NCBI RefSeq assembly: GCF_001194135.2
Contig: NC_068982.1
Span: forward strand, 21,828,752 to 21,892,751
Direction: 5' to 3'
Origin: Octopus bimaculoides
Taxonomy: Eukaryota
DNA length: 64,000 nt
Shown here: in pieces, positions 51,147-64,000 of the stretch
How positions within the stretch are numbered: position 1 is the first letter of the stretch
How the letters are laid out: each line of letters starts with the position of its first letter
Notes under the pieces: model-generated
The model's input: only the letters and a program-made list of their open reading frames with translations
Database searches by the model: none
What the model was told of the DNA's origin: nothing
Translations under genes and position numbers: made by a program

Positions 51147-52762
51147 TTTCTTGACCCACTGACGCTCATTTTGTTCCATGACGTTTTGGCTACTCTTCGT
51201 GTATCTCTCCAGTAAGACTTCCACCGTGTCTGAATTCTATGCATTGAGCACGTGCGCCAAACACATATATGACACGTGCTTTGCTTCCTCCCCAGTTGCT
51301 TCTGCTAAGTGCACCGAAGCGAGTTCGAAATCAAGTACGTATGCTTCAATTCACTGCAATGTAAATTTCTAACGTAATTCTTTTTCTTCATCGTATATTT
51401 ACGACATATGCTTCAACCTCGTCGTATATGACCAATATGTCTTGATCTAGGAACAAATCTGCAATATACACAATGTTGGAATCTGAGACAGAGACATACA
51501 TTGAAAGCGGCGCATGCATTACTGCGTATGTAATTGAATATTCTTGCTTTTATGACTGTATGTATGTATGTATGTATGTATGTACATGCGTATATATTGC
51601 ATGTATGTGTAGATATATATATGTGTGTGTGTGTGTGTGTGTTTGCACGTATGTGCGAATGGATATATATATCTATGTACGTACGTATGTATATATGTAT
51701 GGATGTAGACACGCATGTGTGTGTAGACACGTACGTGTGTTGGAATTTATGTATGTACGTAAGTACGTTTGTGTGTCTATATGTATGCTTGTTTGTTGGT
51801 ATGTATGTATATTTGTGTGTATTTATGTTTATATGTATGTTTGTATGTATATATATATATATGCGTGAGTGTTTGTATGTTAGTATGGACGTACATATGT
51901 ATGGTAATTCTAAGCATAGATAGATAGATAGATAGATAGATATGTTTCTTTATTAGTCCAACAGGGCTGAACACAGAGGGGACAAAATTCAAAGTAGAGC
52001 TTTTCATTTTGGGAAGAGAAAAAAAAATGGGCAGTGGTAGAATTTCGATCAAAAGGGATCGTGGATAGAAAGAAAAACAATTAGATAGATAGACAGATAG
52101 TTAGATACATGCATATATATATATATATATATATATANNNNNNNNNNNNNNNNNNNNNNNNNNNNNNNNNNNNNNNNNNNNNNNNNNNNNNNNNNNNNNN
52201 NNNNNNNNNNNNNNNNNNNNNNNNNNNNNNNNNNNNNNNNNNNNNNNNNNNNNNNNNNNNNNNNNNNNNNNNNNNNNNNNNNNNNNNNNNNNNNNNNNAT
52301 ATATATGCATATATATATACATACATGCATTTCATAAATTCAGACAAACGATCGTGACTTTTACGAAATAGCTCTTGTGCTTCTGTCTGCGATTCACTCT
52401 CGTTGTGTCTACTAAGCAAATTGTCGCATAAATCTGTGTACGTGAGAGTCGTTGTGTTTCTACATCAAGATGTATTGGTCATACATGAAGAGGCTGAAAC
52501 ATATGTTGTTGATATCTAACAACGAAATAGGGTCATGTTACAAAACCACATTGCTGCGAATTGATGCATATGTATTTGCTCGCGAGCTCGCTTCGATAAA
52601 CTTAGCAGAAGCAATTACTGGGAAAGCAATGTCTGTGTCTGTTCTCGGTGAACGTGTATGTGTCCAACGCATCGAAGAATTCCAGACACGGTAACAGTCG
52701 TACTGGTGAGATACACAACAGGCAACGAGTCATAGGAAAAATGAACGTCAGACCGTCATAAA
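51147..52762. repeat. Diverged inverted pair of an unclassified repeat (51147-51323 minus; 52587-52762 plus)
   Basis: Both read ctcgcttcg..cttagcagaagcaa..gaattc(c)agacacggt..gtc.tactgg.gagatacac..aaaatga.cgtcag. Confidence 0.7.
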
Positions 52763-53290
<528 letters not shown>

Positions 53291-54229
53291 TATAATGCAC
53301 ACACGTATAAGAAAGAGAAAGCGGAGGAGGCAAAATTTGAATATATGCGTACATTTATTCATGCATACAAATAGACGTTGCTGATGAGAATGGAGTCGTG
53401 GACATAAGAGAAAAAGAGTTTCCTGGGAAAGTGGGCAAATGGATAAAGAGATGATACATGAGAGCGAGTGAGACACAGAGAGAGAGGCGGGAGAAAGGAA
53501 GAGAGTGAGAGTCGGTGAGACAGAGAGGCAGACAGACGGTCTGACACACAAAAACAGACGATAGAGACATGTAAACGCACAGTCAGACAGGCAAGCAGAT
53601 AGAGAAAACAGCGTTAAGAGACAAAGAATTATGTTGATAGACTAATGGAATGAAATTTAAACCAGATAACGTAACAGAGACGTTATTCTGCGTAGAATGT
53701 TTTAATGCATTTGTTGTCATTGAAGCTGTTGTTGTTGTTGTTGCTGTTGTGTTGTTTTTATTGCTATTGACGATGCAGTTGTCATTGTAGCTTTGTTGCT
53801 GTTCATGTTAACCCTGATCGAACACGTACATGATTAAAGGTATTCTAACCGTGACCATTCCGTTTGTTCTATTGTCATATTGCTTTCCCTGTAGCTTCGA
53901 TTAGCATCTCTTCAAGCCGAGCATATACATTTCTCACTATTCTTTGAGTGTTTGTCCTGAATTTTCATGGATTCTTTCCTACTTCTTCTTGATTAAAACT
54001 ATAAATATAGGGAGCTCAATCAATAATGAATGACTAATGCATTAGTATTTAATGTGGATTTTCTTACCATGGACAACAGATGAGGGTTGCGCAATTTCTG
54101 GCTGAACAACCAGCGCAGAAGATTTGTTTATAGTGATCCAATGTCTATGCAGTACATTAGCTCACTCCCTCCATCAAATTAATATTACCTGTACAGGTGA
54201 ATTGTGTGCCAAGCATCAGATATCAAAGT

Positions 54230-54350
54230 GATCACAGAGCAAAGTGAAATGAGGTGTTTTGCTCAAGAACACAACGCTCTGCTGAATCCACGAATCGAAA
54301 CCACGATTTTGCTCTCGTTAGTGTAACACCCTAACCACTAAACCACGTAT
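54230..54350 (-). mobile_element. Old tRNA-derived SINE head (related relic at about 29700-29810)
   Basis: tgctcaagaacacaacgc..gaatcgaaaccacgat..ccctaaccactaaaccacg resembles the family D head. Confidence 0.55.
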
Positions 54351-54921
54351 TTGAGGAAAAATAGTAGATGCTCATACAAATAATTTTCGCCTTTGAATGC
54401 CAGGGAAGGCAATCAACATGCACTGTTGCAGATTGACACGAGTGTGGTTGCAGATATTGGTGTCAGAATGCAAAAGAGCGGAGCAGAAACTCCAACACTT
54501 CACACTAGACTCTCTAACAGTTCCTCGAACCCACTGCCCACGATTACTCCTTTTTATCGAACTAAAAGAAAACAAAAAAAAGAAAACAGAAAATGAAAGA
54601 CAAAACTAATCTTGGAAAGATTTGAATTCATGTCACAGAATAAATACTGCAAACACTCCACTCGTTTTCTGATGACTTCGGTTATTCGCGCGTTAGACCC
54701 TTAAATGAACGACAACTACAAAAGCTAGAAGAATATGACGACGGCGACGACGATCGAAAGGACTCTTAGCATAGTCATTCGACTTACTAGAAATAGCGAC
54801 CAAATCCATTTGAATCCTCGATTGTTGTCTTACATAAGAAACAGTAACACTCAAAATTACTATTTATTTATTTTTGCTTTATAAAAGCAACTTAATCACA
54901 ATATTGAAGGTGTGTAAACGG

Positions 54922-55173
54922 TAATAATAATTATAAGCTTAAAACTTATAAAGGATCATTGCGTATTGACTAAAAAAAACATAGTCTGATATTAGGGCAT
55001 ATAAGCCCTCGACGGAAAAATGTGGAAATCAGTACGCCTGGGACTGCGTACTAGCACCTACTTGACACCCACTTTTTTCTATCGAGGGCTTATATGCCTT
55101 AATATTAGACTATTTTCTTTAGTCAATACACGGTGATCGCTTATAAGCTTTAAGCTTATAATAATTATTATTA
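54922..55173. mobile_element. Foldback MITE with arms of about 100 bp
   Basis: taataattataagcttaaa..gtattgactaaa..atagtct.atatta.ggcatataagccctcga..gtgg (54922-55025) is mirrored at 55069-55173. Spacer of about 43 bp. Confidence 0.8.
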
Positions 55174-55336
55174 TTTAGGGGATTATCACTTGTTACCGCA
55201 TCTCCATTTAACATTGAATGTGTACTTTCTTTATTGAAGATTGTAATCGAGGTTAAGAGGTGGATTAGCAGATGTGTCTAGCCAGGAATTCTACCACTTG
55301 TATTTCTAAAATAATTCTTCGAGGGAGTATGAAGAA

Positions 55337-55698
55337 CAGTGGTCCTCAATCGGTCGCCATATAAGAGTTTTGGGTGTGCAAACAATCAAAATTGTAAGTT
55401 GAAGAACCACAGTAATATTTGAAGGGTCTATAAAAAAGACTCTGCTTTAGATTTATTTATTGAAAGAAACAGCAAGGTTTCTTTCTCAAATGTTTAACAT
55501 GTTTCATGCAGCTGAAATATATTATCTCAGAGAGTTCTATTGCAAACCTATACAAGTGGAAGCGTACAAAACAAAATAGCGATTTTGAAAGAAGTATCTA
55601 TAAAACTAGCTTTTAAACATTTAAATGGCTATGGGGGTCCACTAGAATAAAATTGCAATCAAAGGGGTCAACAGGTAAAATTTGGTTGAGAACCACTA
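55337..55698. mobile_element. hAT (Charlie-like) MITE
   Basis: Ends cagtggtcctcaatc / ggttgagaaccacta match the CAGTGGTTCTCAACC-type TIR. The 8-bp TSD is no longer clear. Confidence 0.6.
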
Positions 55699-56114
55699 AT
55701 ACAAAGAATACTTCCAATGGCTAACCTCGTCATACTGTTTAACAGCCGGTTAATCCTGATGGAGCCGACATATGAATAGAACCTCTTTAACTCTGACCAC
55801 ACACGATAGTTTTACTGTTACGATAAATACAACCTAGTCTTTCTTTAAGATTGTAGGCAATGATTTGAGGGATATGTGGTTACTGTTCCTAGCAGCTCAA
55901 AAGTTCAACTTTATATTTCGGCATTATTTCGTTGGTTTCTTCATTTTTTTAAATTTTTGTTGCTATTTAACCATAAGTCATTTCTCATCGAGTAAACCTA
56001 TAAGCAAACGCATTTTATCCGTGACAATTTTGTATTTTCTGTATGTAAGGAAGCCAGCGCCATGTTATCCAACGTTTCCATTTCTAAGAGTTTTGAGTTT
56101 TAATTGTGTGTTGT

Positions 56115-56410
56115 TGTGACCCCCTTCGGTCAGGAATTGCCATGGGATTGCACCTAGAAAGTTGCCCTCCGTGGCACTAGTCTGGGCAAGGTTGTTTATG
56201 GAAGACCAGCAGTCACCCTCTCCACACCACCGATGTTATCCAAGAGAAAGGCAAAGGCCGATACAGATTGCCACCAGAGACGTCGGAGTTCATTTATTAA
56301 CGTGCAAGTGGCTGAGCACTCCACAGACACGTGTACCCTTAACGTAGTTCTCGGGGAGATTCAACATGACACAGAGTGTGACAAGGCTGGCCCTTTGAAA
56401 TTCAGGTACA
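56115..56410 (-). mobile_element. Chimeric SINE relic: family D body fused to an unrelated 3' segment
   Basis: 56296-56410 matches 19488-19595. 56115-56290 is a different sequence ending in (caa)n on the minus strand. Confidence 0.65.
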
Positions 56411-56679
56411 CCACTGAAAGAATCCCAATTAACTTCATACAGATTTCCCTTTCACAAGTCGACATACTGGTTACAAATGCGAGTGTTTTGGAGTCTTGCT
56501 TTTAACTATCCTTACCAGTGCATAGGGTATGTACTGTGTGTATGTCTCTCTTTTCTGTCATACTGTATCTATCTCAGTGTGTTATTGTTGTAGTATAAGA
56601 CGTGCGTATGCGTTTTTCCATCCAAAATTCCATCAACTTCATAGAAGAAAACTTGACTATGCATTTCACTGCTTCTTCA

Positions 56680-56919
56680 TACATAAATACATTCATACAT
56701 ATATGCATACTTACATATATACATAAATACGTAAATATATACATACATAGCTACATACATATATACATACAGACATACGTACATATGTGCATAATACATA
56801 CATACATTCATACATATATACATAAATACATACATACATGCATATATACGTCAATACATGCATATATATATATATATACATAAATACATACATACATGCA
56901 TATATACGTCAATACATAC

Positions 56920-56956
<37 letters not shown>

Positions 56957-58431
56957 NNNNNNNNNNNNNNNNNNNNNNNNNNNNNNNNNNNNNNNNNNNN
57001 NNNNNNNNNNNNNNNNNNNNNNNNNNNNNNNNNNNNNNNNNNNNNNNNNNNNNNNNNNNNNNNNNNNNNNNNNNNNNNNNNNNNNNNNNNNNNNNNNNNN
57101 NNNNNNNNNNNNNNNNNNNNNNNNNNNNNNNNNNNNNNNNNNNNNNNNNNNNNNNNNNNNNNNNNNNNNNNNNNNNNNNNNNNNNNNNNNNNNNNNNNNN
57201 NNNNNNNNNNNNNNNNNNNNNNNNNNNNNNNNNNNNNNNNNNNNNNNNNNNNNNNNNNNNNNNNNNNNNNNNNNNNNNNNNNNNNNNNNNNNNNNNNNNN
57301 NNNNNNNNNNNNNNNNNNNNNNNNNNNNNNNNNNNNNNNNNNNNNNNNNNNNNNNNNNNNNNNNNNNNNNNNNNNNNNNNNNNNNNNNNNNNNNNNNNNN
57401 NNNNNNNNNNNNNNNNNNNNNNNNNNNNNNNNNNNNNNNNNNNNNNNNNNNNNNNNNNNNNNNNNNNNNNNNNNNNNNNNNNNNNNNNNNNNNNNNNNNN
57501 NNNNNNNNNNNNNNNNNNNNNNNNNNNNNNNNNNNNNNNNNNNNNNNNNNNNNNNNNNNNNNNNNNNNNNNNNNNNNNNNNNNNNNNNNNNNNNNNNNNN
57601 NNNNNNNNNNNNNNNNNNNNNNNNNNNNNNNNNNNNNNNNNNNNNNNNNNNNNATACATGCACACATACACACATACATACACACATGCATGCATACATA
57701 CACACATACACACATACACATATACATACACGCATACACAAATAGATACATACATACATACATTCACGCATACATATACACATACACACGCACATACATA
57801 CATATTTACAAACATACATACATATATACACAAATACATACATATATGCATACATGCACACACATACATACAAACGCACATACATACATACATAATGCAT
57901 ACACACATACATACACACACACATACATACACACACATACACATACATTCACACATACATATATACACACATACATACACGCATACGCACACACATACAT
58001 ATATACACACACACATACATACATACATACGAGATGGACTGCAATTAATTTACATGTACAGCAAAAGATCTTCCTTTGCATTTATAAATCAATTGAACTT
58101 CCCATGCATGCAGGATTCCTCGTTCGGGAAACACATCGATATAACATTGAGCTAATGATGCATATAGAGTGGAGCCAAATAGCCTCCAACTCAAGGAAGC
58201 ATGCAAAACATGTCTGTACATAATTGCCCTGACTGTGTATTGACATAAAACATCCATGTAAGGAAATCAGCTTGGCCAAGCATGCGCATGCGCTTGTTTA
58301 TATGCCTACGTAAGAGGAGGCTTACGTATATCTGTTTTGTATGTATGTTTGTATATTTGTATGTATGTATGTATGTATGTATGTATGTATGTTTGTATGT
58401 TTGTATGTATGTATCAATGTATATATTTATG

Positions 58432-58462
<31 letters not shown>

Positions 58463-58790
58463 ATGTATGTATGTATGTATGTATGTGTGTATGTACGTGT
58501 GTGTATATATGTATGTATACATCTATGTATGTATGTGCGTGTATGTATGTTTATATGTATGTATTTGTGTATGTATGTATGCTTGTAAGTATGTATGTAT
58601 GCATGCATATATGTATGTGTGTATGTACGTTTGTGTGTGTGTATGTATGCATGTATGCATGTGTGCATGTATCTATATGTGCATTTATGAACGTATGTAT
58701 GTATATAGGTATGTATGTATTTAGGTATGTATGTATGTATGTATTTGTGTATGTATGTATGTATACGTGTATGTATCAGTGTGTATGTTT
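56680..58790. repeat. Large (TACA)n block (56680-58030) and (TATG)n block (58337-58790)
   Basis: Degenerate tetranucleotide arrays in opposite orientation around a unique spacer; includes a gap. Confidence 0.9.
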
Positions 58791-58883
58791 TTATCATTGT
58801 ACGTAAGGAAATCAGGTTGCTAGAGCATTCGCATATGCTGCCTGATCATACATGCCTTTTTGTAAATTTATATATATATACAT

Positions 58884-58916
<33 letters not shown>

Positions 58917-60416
58917 NNNNNNNNNNNNNNNNNNNNNNNNNNNNNNNNNNNNNNNNNNNNNNNNNNNNNNNNNNNNNNNNNNNNNNNNNNNNNNNNNNNN
59001 NNNNNNNNNNNNNNNNNNNNNNNNNNNNNNNNNNNNNNNNNNNNNNNNNNNNNNNNNNNNNNNNNNNNNNNNNNNNNNNNNNNNNNNNNNNNNNNNNNNN
59101 NNNNNNNNNNNNNNNNNNNNNNNNNNNNNNNNNNNNNNNNNNNNNNNNNNNNNNNNNNNNNNNNNNNNNNNNNNNNNNNNNNNNNNNNNNNNNNNNNNNN
59201 NNNNNNNNNNNNNNNNNNNNNNNNNNNNNNNNNNNNNNNNNNNNNNNNNNNNNNNNNNNNNNNNNNNNNNNNNNNNNNNNNNNNNNNNNNNNNNNNNNNN
59301 NNNNNNNNNNNNNNNNNNNNNNNNNNNNNNNNNNNNNNNNNNNNNNNNNNNNNNNNNNNNNNNNNNNNNNNNNNNNNNNNNNNNNNNNNNNNNNNNNNNN
59401 NNNNNNNNNNNNNNNNNNNNNNNNNNNNNNNNNNNNNNNNNNNNNNNNNNNNNNNNNTATATGTATATTTATATATATACATATATATATATATATATGT
59501 ATGTATGTATGTATATATGTATGAAGGTATGTATATATAGGTATATGTTTAGATGCGTGCGCGCGTGTGAGTGTTCTGTACACGTTTGTATATATGTATA
59601 TAGGTCTGCTTTTACTTTTAAAATCTCTCACGAATAGAGAAAGATCCGGTCTGCACCGAAGAATCAATGCGATGTCTGAAATTTAGGCTTCACCTACATA
59701 TGTATGAAAGTATTTATGCGTTTATGTATGCATATATGCCTTTAAGCATGCTTGTACTCATGTTAGTTTAAATGCGTGTATATTTGTAATTTTGCATGCA
59801 TGTATTTCTACATGTACGTTTGCATGTGTATTTTCCTGTATATGAACATATAAACTAAATTTCCGGAATATTTTTGAGATTTTTTGAGATTTGTTTTGTT
59901 TGCTTTGCTAAATGTGATTTCTGGTTTAGTGAAACTAAGTTTTTGAAGGTTATCATTGATGAAGTTAGTTACACAAACAAGAGCAGCCCAGATTAACGGT
60001 TTAATTGTAGTCATAATGTGAATGTAATATTTGTACATTTCTCTAAGTTCAATATGGAAGTTTTCCTTTTCGTCACTTTTAACCCGATTATAACGCTTCC
60101 CAGGAAAATAATTTCTACTAATAATCTTCTTCATTATGGTGTGGATTACATCTTCGGCGTTAAGCCTCCATCCGTTGTTGCGTCTAGATGATTTACATGG
60201 CTTCGCATCACTTTTGCGCATAGGGTATATATTTAAAGCAGGAAGTTAGATAACAACACCTTCTATCATTCCGAACATGGAGTTAAATTGCTATGTGTGT
60301 TAGCGATTATATTATAATTACATATTTAGCAATCATGTTATAAAATATTTTACGCATTGATCAATATTATCTTTCTTCATAGAAATATTTCATAAGCAAA
60401 TATACTTTGCCCATAC

Positions 60417-60499
60417 GTTTAAATTTGAATGCTGCGCCATCTTGTCTATCGCGATTGATTTTGTTTCGATTTATTAGATCTCGATTTCGATGGACCAAT
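60417..60499 (-). promoter_or_regulatory. Candidate promoter and first coding exon of a minus-strand gene
   Basis: Minus strand CAAGATGGCG (YY1/initiator-like, ATG at 60440). ATG GCG CAG CAT TCA AAT TTA AAC|GTATGG donor at 60416. CCAAT at 60495-60499. Confidence 0.35.
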
Positions 60500-60656
60500 C
60501 AAAATGCTTTGGGAGACGTATTTTCCAAGCTAGTAATTTGATCTGCGCCCGTTTGTTGAAATTAAAACAATTACAGCATACAAGACACACACTAACCATT
60601 CAAAATCCGCACAAAAAAAACGCTGGTTTCATTTATATATATATATTTCAGCGTTA

Positions 60657-60760
60657 AAAATTTTGTCGCTCTAACTGTGTCTTGGTCACTGGTACGGATT
60701 CAGTGAGTTACTGTTGAGCCGTGTCAGTGACTAGGTTGCAGATGATGCGACGAAAATTTT
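60657..60760 (+). ncRNA. Candidate pre-miRNA-like hairpin
   Basis: 17 contiguous pairs between 60681-60697 and 60719-60735, all four non-WC pairs G.U on the plus strand. Extended lower stem out to 60657/60760. Confidence 0.5.
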
Positions 60761-61659
60761 GATTCCAAACTATAAATGTTTAAGTGATGTTAATAGTTTT
60801 TTTATGTGTTTTCGAATTGTTCGTATGTGTCTTCCACGCTGAATTTTATTAATATAAATAAGGATTTTCGAAAACAAACGACCACCATGCCTTTGGTCAA
60901 TGTTAGAAAGAGTAAATTCTTTCAAGGGCAGTATCGTTCTCGGCAGACTGTCTTCGAGGCGGTACCAAGAGCAATGGAATAAAAGAATGGTATATTCGTT
61001 TATCTTTAAAAATGAACATGCACCCACCCACCACACACACACACACGCACACACACACATACATACACATACAGACACGCACGAACACACACATGCACAA
61101 ATACACACACCTATACACACGCGCGCGCGCACGCATGCACTATAAAGAAACATCAAGAAAAATCTCCAAAAGAAATGAAAATTTCATAAACATTTCAATT
61201 TGGACATTTTCATTCTTTATTTATATTTTAATTATCTTTTATTTATCTTTTATTTATTTTTATTTATTGTTCATTTATATCTTATATTTTAGTTATTTAT
61301 ATATTTATTGATGATAAATCTGCTGTAGTAACAGTTTAGAGCGAAACAAAGATATCATCCTGATGAATTGATGCTTTGATGTATTTCAAGTGGTAAAGTT
61401 AGAGCGTTGCTATACTGTATGGTGTCTGCTCAGTTAAATGTGATTTATGCCAGTGAGAGAAATTGATATTAAGCTAAATGAAGAGTTATCAAAACATATC
61501 AGAAAAAAATGTCAGAATAGTGTTTAATAGGCAATATTGCTTTTGTTGCTTGTTTAGGTTAACATTTTTAACTGCATTGACAAATGAGGAGAAAGACACA
61601 GGAAAGCGCTTTGAGAGAAAACGAGGTAGACAGACAGACAAACAAACATATGGATAGAC

Positions 61660-61720
<61 letters not shown>

Positions 61721-61876
61721 CATACATACATACATAGATTGATAGATAGATACATACATACATACATACATACATACATACATACATACATACAAACATA
61801 CATACATGCATACATACATACATACATACTTAATTAAGTTAAACTAACCAATAATTGTAGACTGAGTTTTGTATTG

Positions 61877-62198
61877 TATATTTAAGAGATGAGGAATTAT
61901 GTACATCATTCACATTATTTACATTCGACGGATATTTGTCCTCATCTTGTTTGTTGTTAACACAATTGTTTCGGCTGATATACCCTCCAGCCTTCTTCAG
62001 GTGTCTTGGGGAAATTTCAAACCTGGGCTCTCATTCCTAAGGTATTTTTCGATGTTATTATACCTTAGGAATGAGAACCCAGGTCCGAAATTTCACCAAG
62101 ACACCTGAAGAAGGCCGGAGGGTATATCAGCCGAAATTTTGTGTTAACAACAAACAAGATGAGAACAAATATCTGTCAAATGTAAATAATGTAAATAA
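61877..62198. mobile_element. Family H element, copy 3: gap-free inverted dimer with a 14-bp TSD
   Basis: Arms mirror around a 14-nt spacer (about 62045-62058). TSD tgagttttgtattg at 61863-61876 and 62199-62212. Hammerhead-like motifs at 61960-62004 (-) and 62101-62144 (+). Confidence 0.9.
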
Positions 62199-63539
62199 TG
62201 AGTTTTGTATTGATTTTTTATTGAAATGTTTTCCCAACGTTTTGGATAAATGGTCAGACGTTCTGTTTAGGGCGGTTAGGCAATGTTACTATCCGAGGAA
62301 AACAGTATACATATTCCGGTGCATCCAACAAGTTCCACTTCTTCGGAAAGAATATTCTATATTCAAGTATTACATTTCCGCCATCCGAAGTTTTGTTGCG
62401 TTTTCGTGTGGTCCGTATTTATATGCTATCTCTCCACATGTTAGTCAGTGTTAGAACACTAATCAAGATGACATGGCTTTGCAGAGATACCCTGAGATTT
62501 TGCGTCAAAGTCGTCGTCATTTGGGAGACCCTATGTAACTTGTTCAGCTTGTCCAACTAAACATGTAAACAACGTTAGTTTCCAAACATATCGGTTGAAA
62601 GATGTCTGATTAATCATATTTTAAATTGGTTCGATAGCACCTAATATATAATATCTATTGAATATTGCTGCAGTTGTGTGAAGGTAGTGTAAAGGATGTA
62701 ACTTCACTTTAGCATTCTGACAGGAAAACCTAACATTTTACTAAACTGAAAGCAGTTTACTAAAACAGCTTTCAGCCGTTTCTTCTACTCGATATCTGCA
62801 GATGTGATGATTGCTATTCTTGAAAGCATCGAGTTCTTCAATCGAAATAATTGGACCAAGTGGACATATCCTGCAGTTCAAGAATATTTGGCCTGCACTC
62901 AAATGTGGTACCAGAGCTCATGAATAACTGCAGTAAAGTAGTTATATCTGACGATGCAAGAAGCAATGCAATGAGTGTAAGGAAATTGACAGTAATTATC
63001 ATGACACTCCATCATGGTCAATGTTCTAACCGATGGTAAGAGATGATTCAGCAGAAGTTAGCTGTTATTTTTAGTTTCTTCGTTGAGCCGTATGTCTCGC
63101 AAGTTTGTTGTTGTTGCTATTATCATTGTTGTTTATTCAGCCCCAGATTAACCCCTATGAAGTAGAAGGCATGATGAAAGTTATTCCAATCAAAAAATTT
63201 GCTACCCTTTTGGGTTATCTACCAATTCCCATTTTTATGAACGTGTATTGTGTCCGTAGCAACACTTGCCTTCTCTCTCTGGCAAGTTATACGACGACTT
63301 ACAGGTCTTCACACGATTTGTTTCATAGCTTAATGGTTGCTCTTTAGCTGCCTACATTCCTAGTTCAGCAAAAGATTTCCAGCCGAGACCATACTAACTT
63401 TTGTGATAATATCTAGTTCTAGAGGATAAAATATGTCCTTCTCTTATGCATGATGAGGGAATGTACTCTCAGCAGATTTGGCAGCGGTCTTTTGCAGATC
63501 GGTAAGATTCATAGACTCTCCACATCTGTCTAATGTGTA

Positions 63540-63880
63540 GTAGTGGTCACTCCAAAGGAGGTGGGTAAAGTGTAATTGCATATAATTGCAGGAGAGTTGT
63601 AAACATCTCATAACTGGCACAAAAGACCAAGAAATAATTTACGGAAACATTCCACTCATCTCTGCTATAATTGCCGAAACATAGAATTGGCTTTTCTGAC
63701 CACTACAGGCCGTTGTATTTTTGGACTCTTCCACACTCTTATGAAGAACGAAGGCCGCTTAACCACATTGGTATTATTGATAGAGGCATACAGCATGGGG
63801 TTGAGGATCCACCAAGGATAACGCAAGACAAATGTATCTCACGCAGTGTAGTGAGTTACATCTTGGTTCCCGAATCTTGA
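63540..63880 (+). mobile_element. Decayed RTE-like LINE, ORF2 3' fragment
   Basis: Frameshifted VNIS*..IYGNIPLISAIIAE..IGFSDHY..FWTLPH..RRPL..EDPPRITQDK parallels the RTE tail LNISW..LYGNIP..RLRFAGH..LLW..GRP..EDLPTLMQDR. Confidence 0.6.
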
Positions 63881-63960
63881 AGCAGTTTAATTTCATCTCC
63901 ACTCGACACCTGCCTGCTTATTCGTGCTTCTGCGTTGGTTATGTTTGTTTGAACTTATGA

Positions 63961-63999
<39 letters not shown>

Positions 64000-64000
64000 C

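Noticed and set aside
52452-52694. 80-aa ORF with plausible splice-like ends
   Set aside because: Its 3' half is homologous to the inverted repeat at 51147-51323, whose frame is not conserved.
59808-60221. 137-aa minus-strand ORF
   Set aside because: No recognisable domain, AT-rich composition, no convincing splice sites.

Overview
AT-rich, gap-riddled (N-runs) animal genomic scaffold made up mostly of repeats. No host protein-coding gene can be confidently assembled, and almost all ORF-track entries are translations of microsatellites or N-gaps. The repeat families look like those of an octopus genome (recognised from memory, not searched). Contents: several tRNA-derived SINE families (named A, B, D here), some with clean target-site duplications (TSDs); decayed CR1, RTE-like and R4/Dong-like LINE fragments; a decayed but near-complete Hsmar1-like mariner with both TIRs; several MITEs/foldbacks; and abundant (CA)n, (TA)n, (TACA)n, (AGAT)n and (AAT)n repeats. 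The main finding is a non-coding element present at three loci (34.5, 38.6 and 61.9 kb) as an outward-facing inverted dimer. Its arms carry a minimal Penelope-type hammerhead ribozyme motif (ACAC-CUGAUGA-A-GGCUG..UAGCC-GAAAC-GUU-GUGU in the best copy). At 38.8 kb the centre is a head-to-head pair of tRNA-like Pol III promoters, and the 61.9 kb copy has a 14-bp TSD. Other points of interest: more hammerhead-like relics in unrelated sequences, SINE-A dimers/trimers inserted as single units with a recurrent AGAA junction, a strand-specific pre-miRNA-like hairpin at 60.7 kb, and a nearby YY1/CCAAT promoter-like site with a possible minus-strand first exon.
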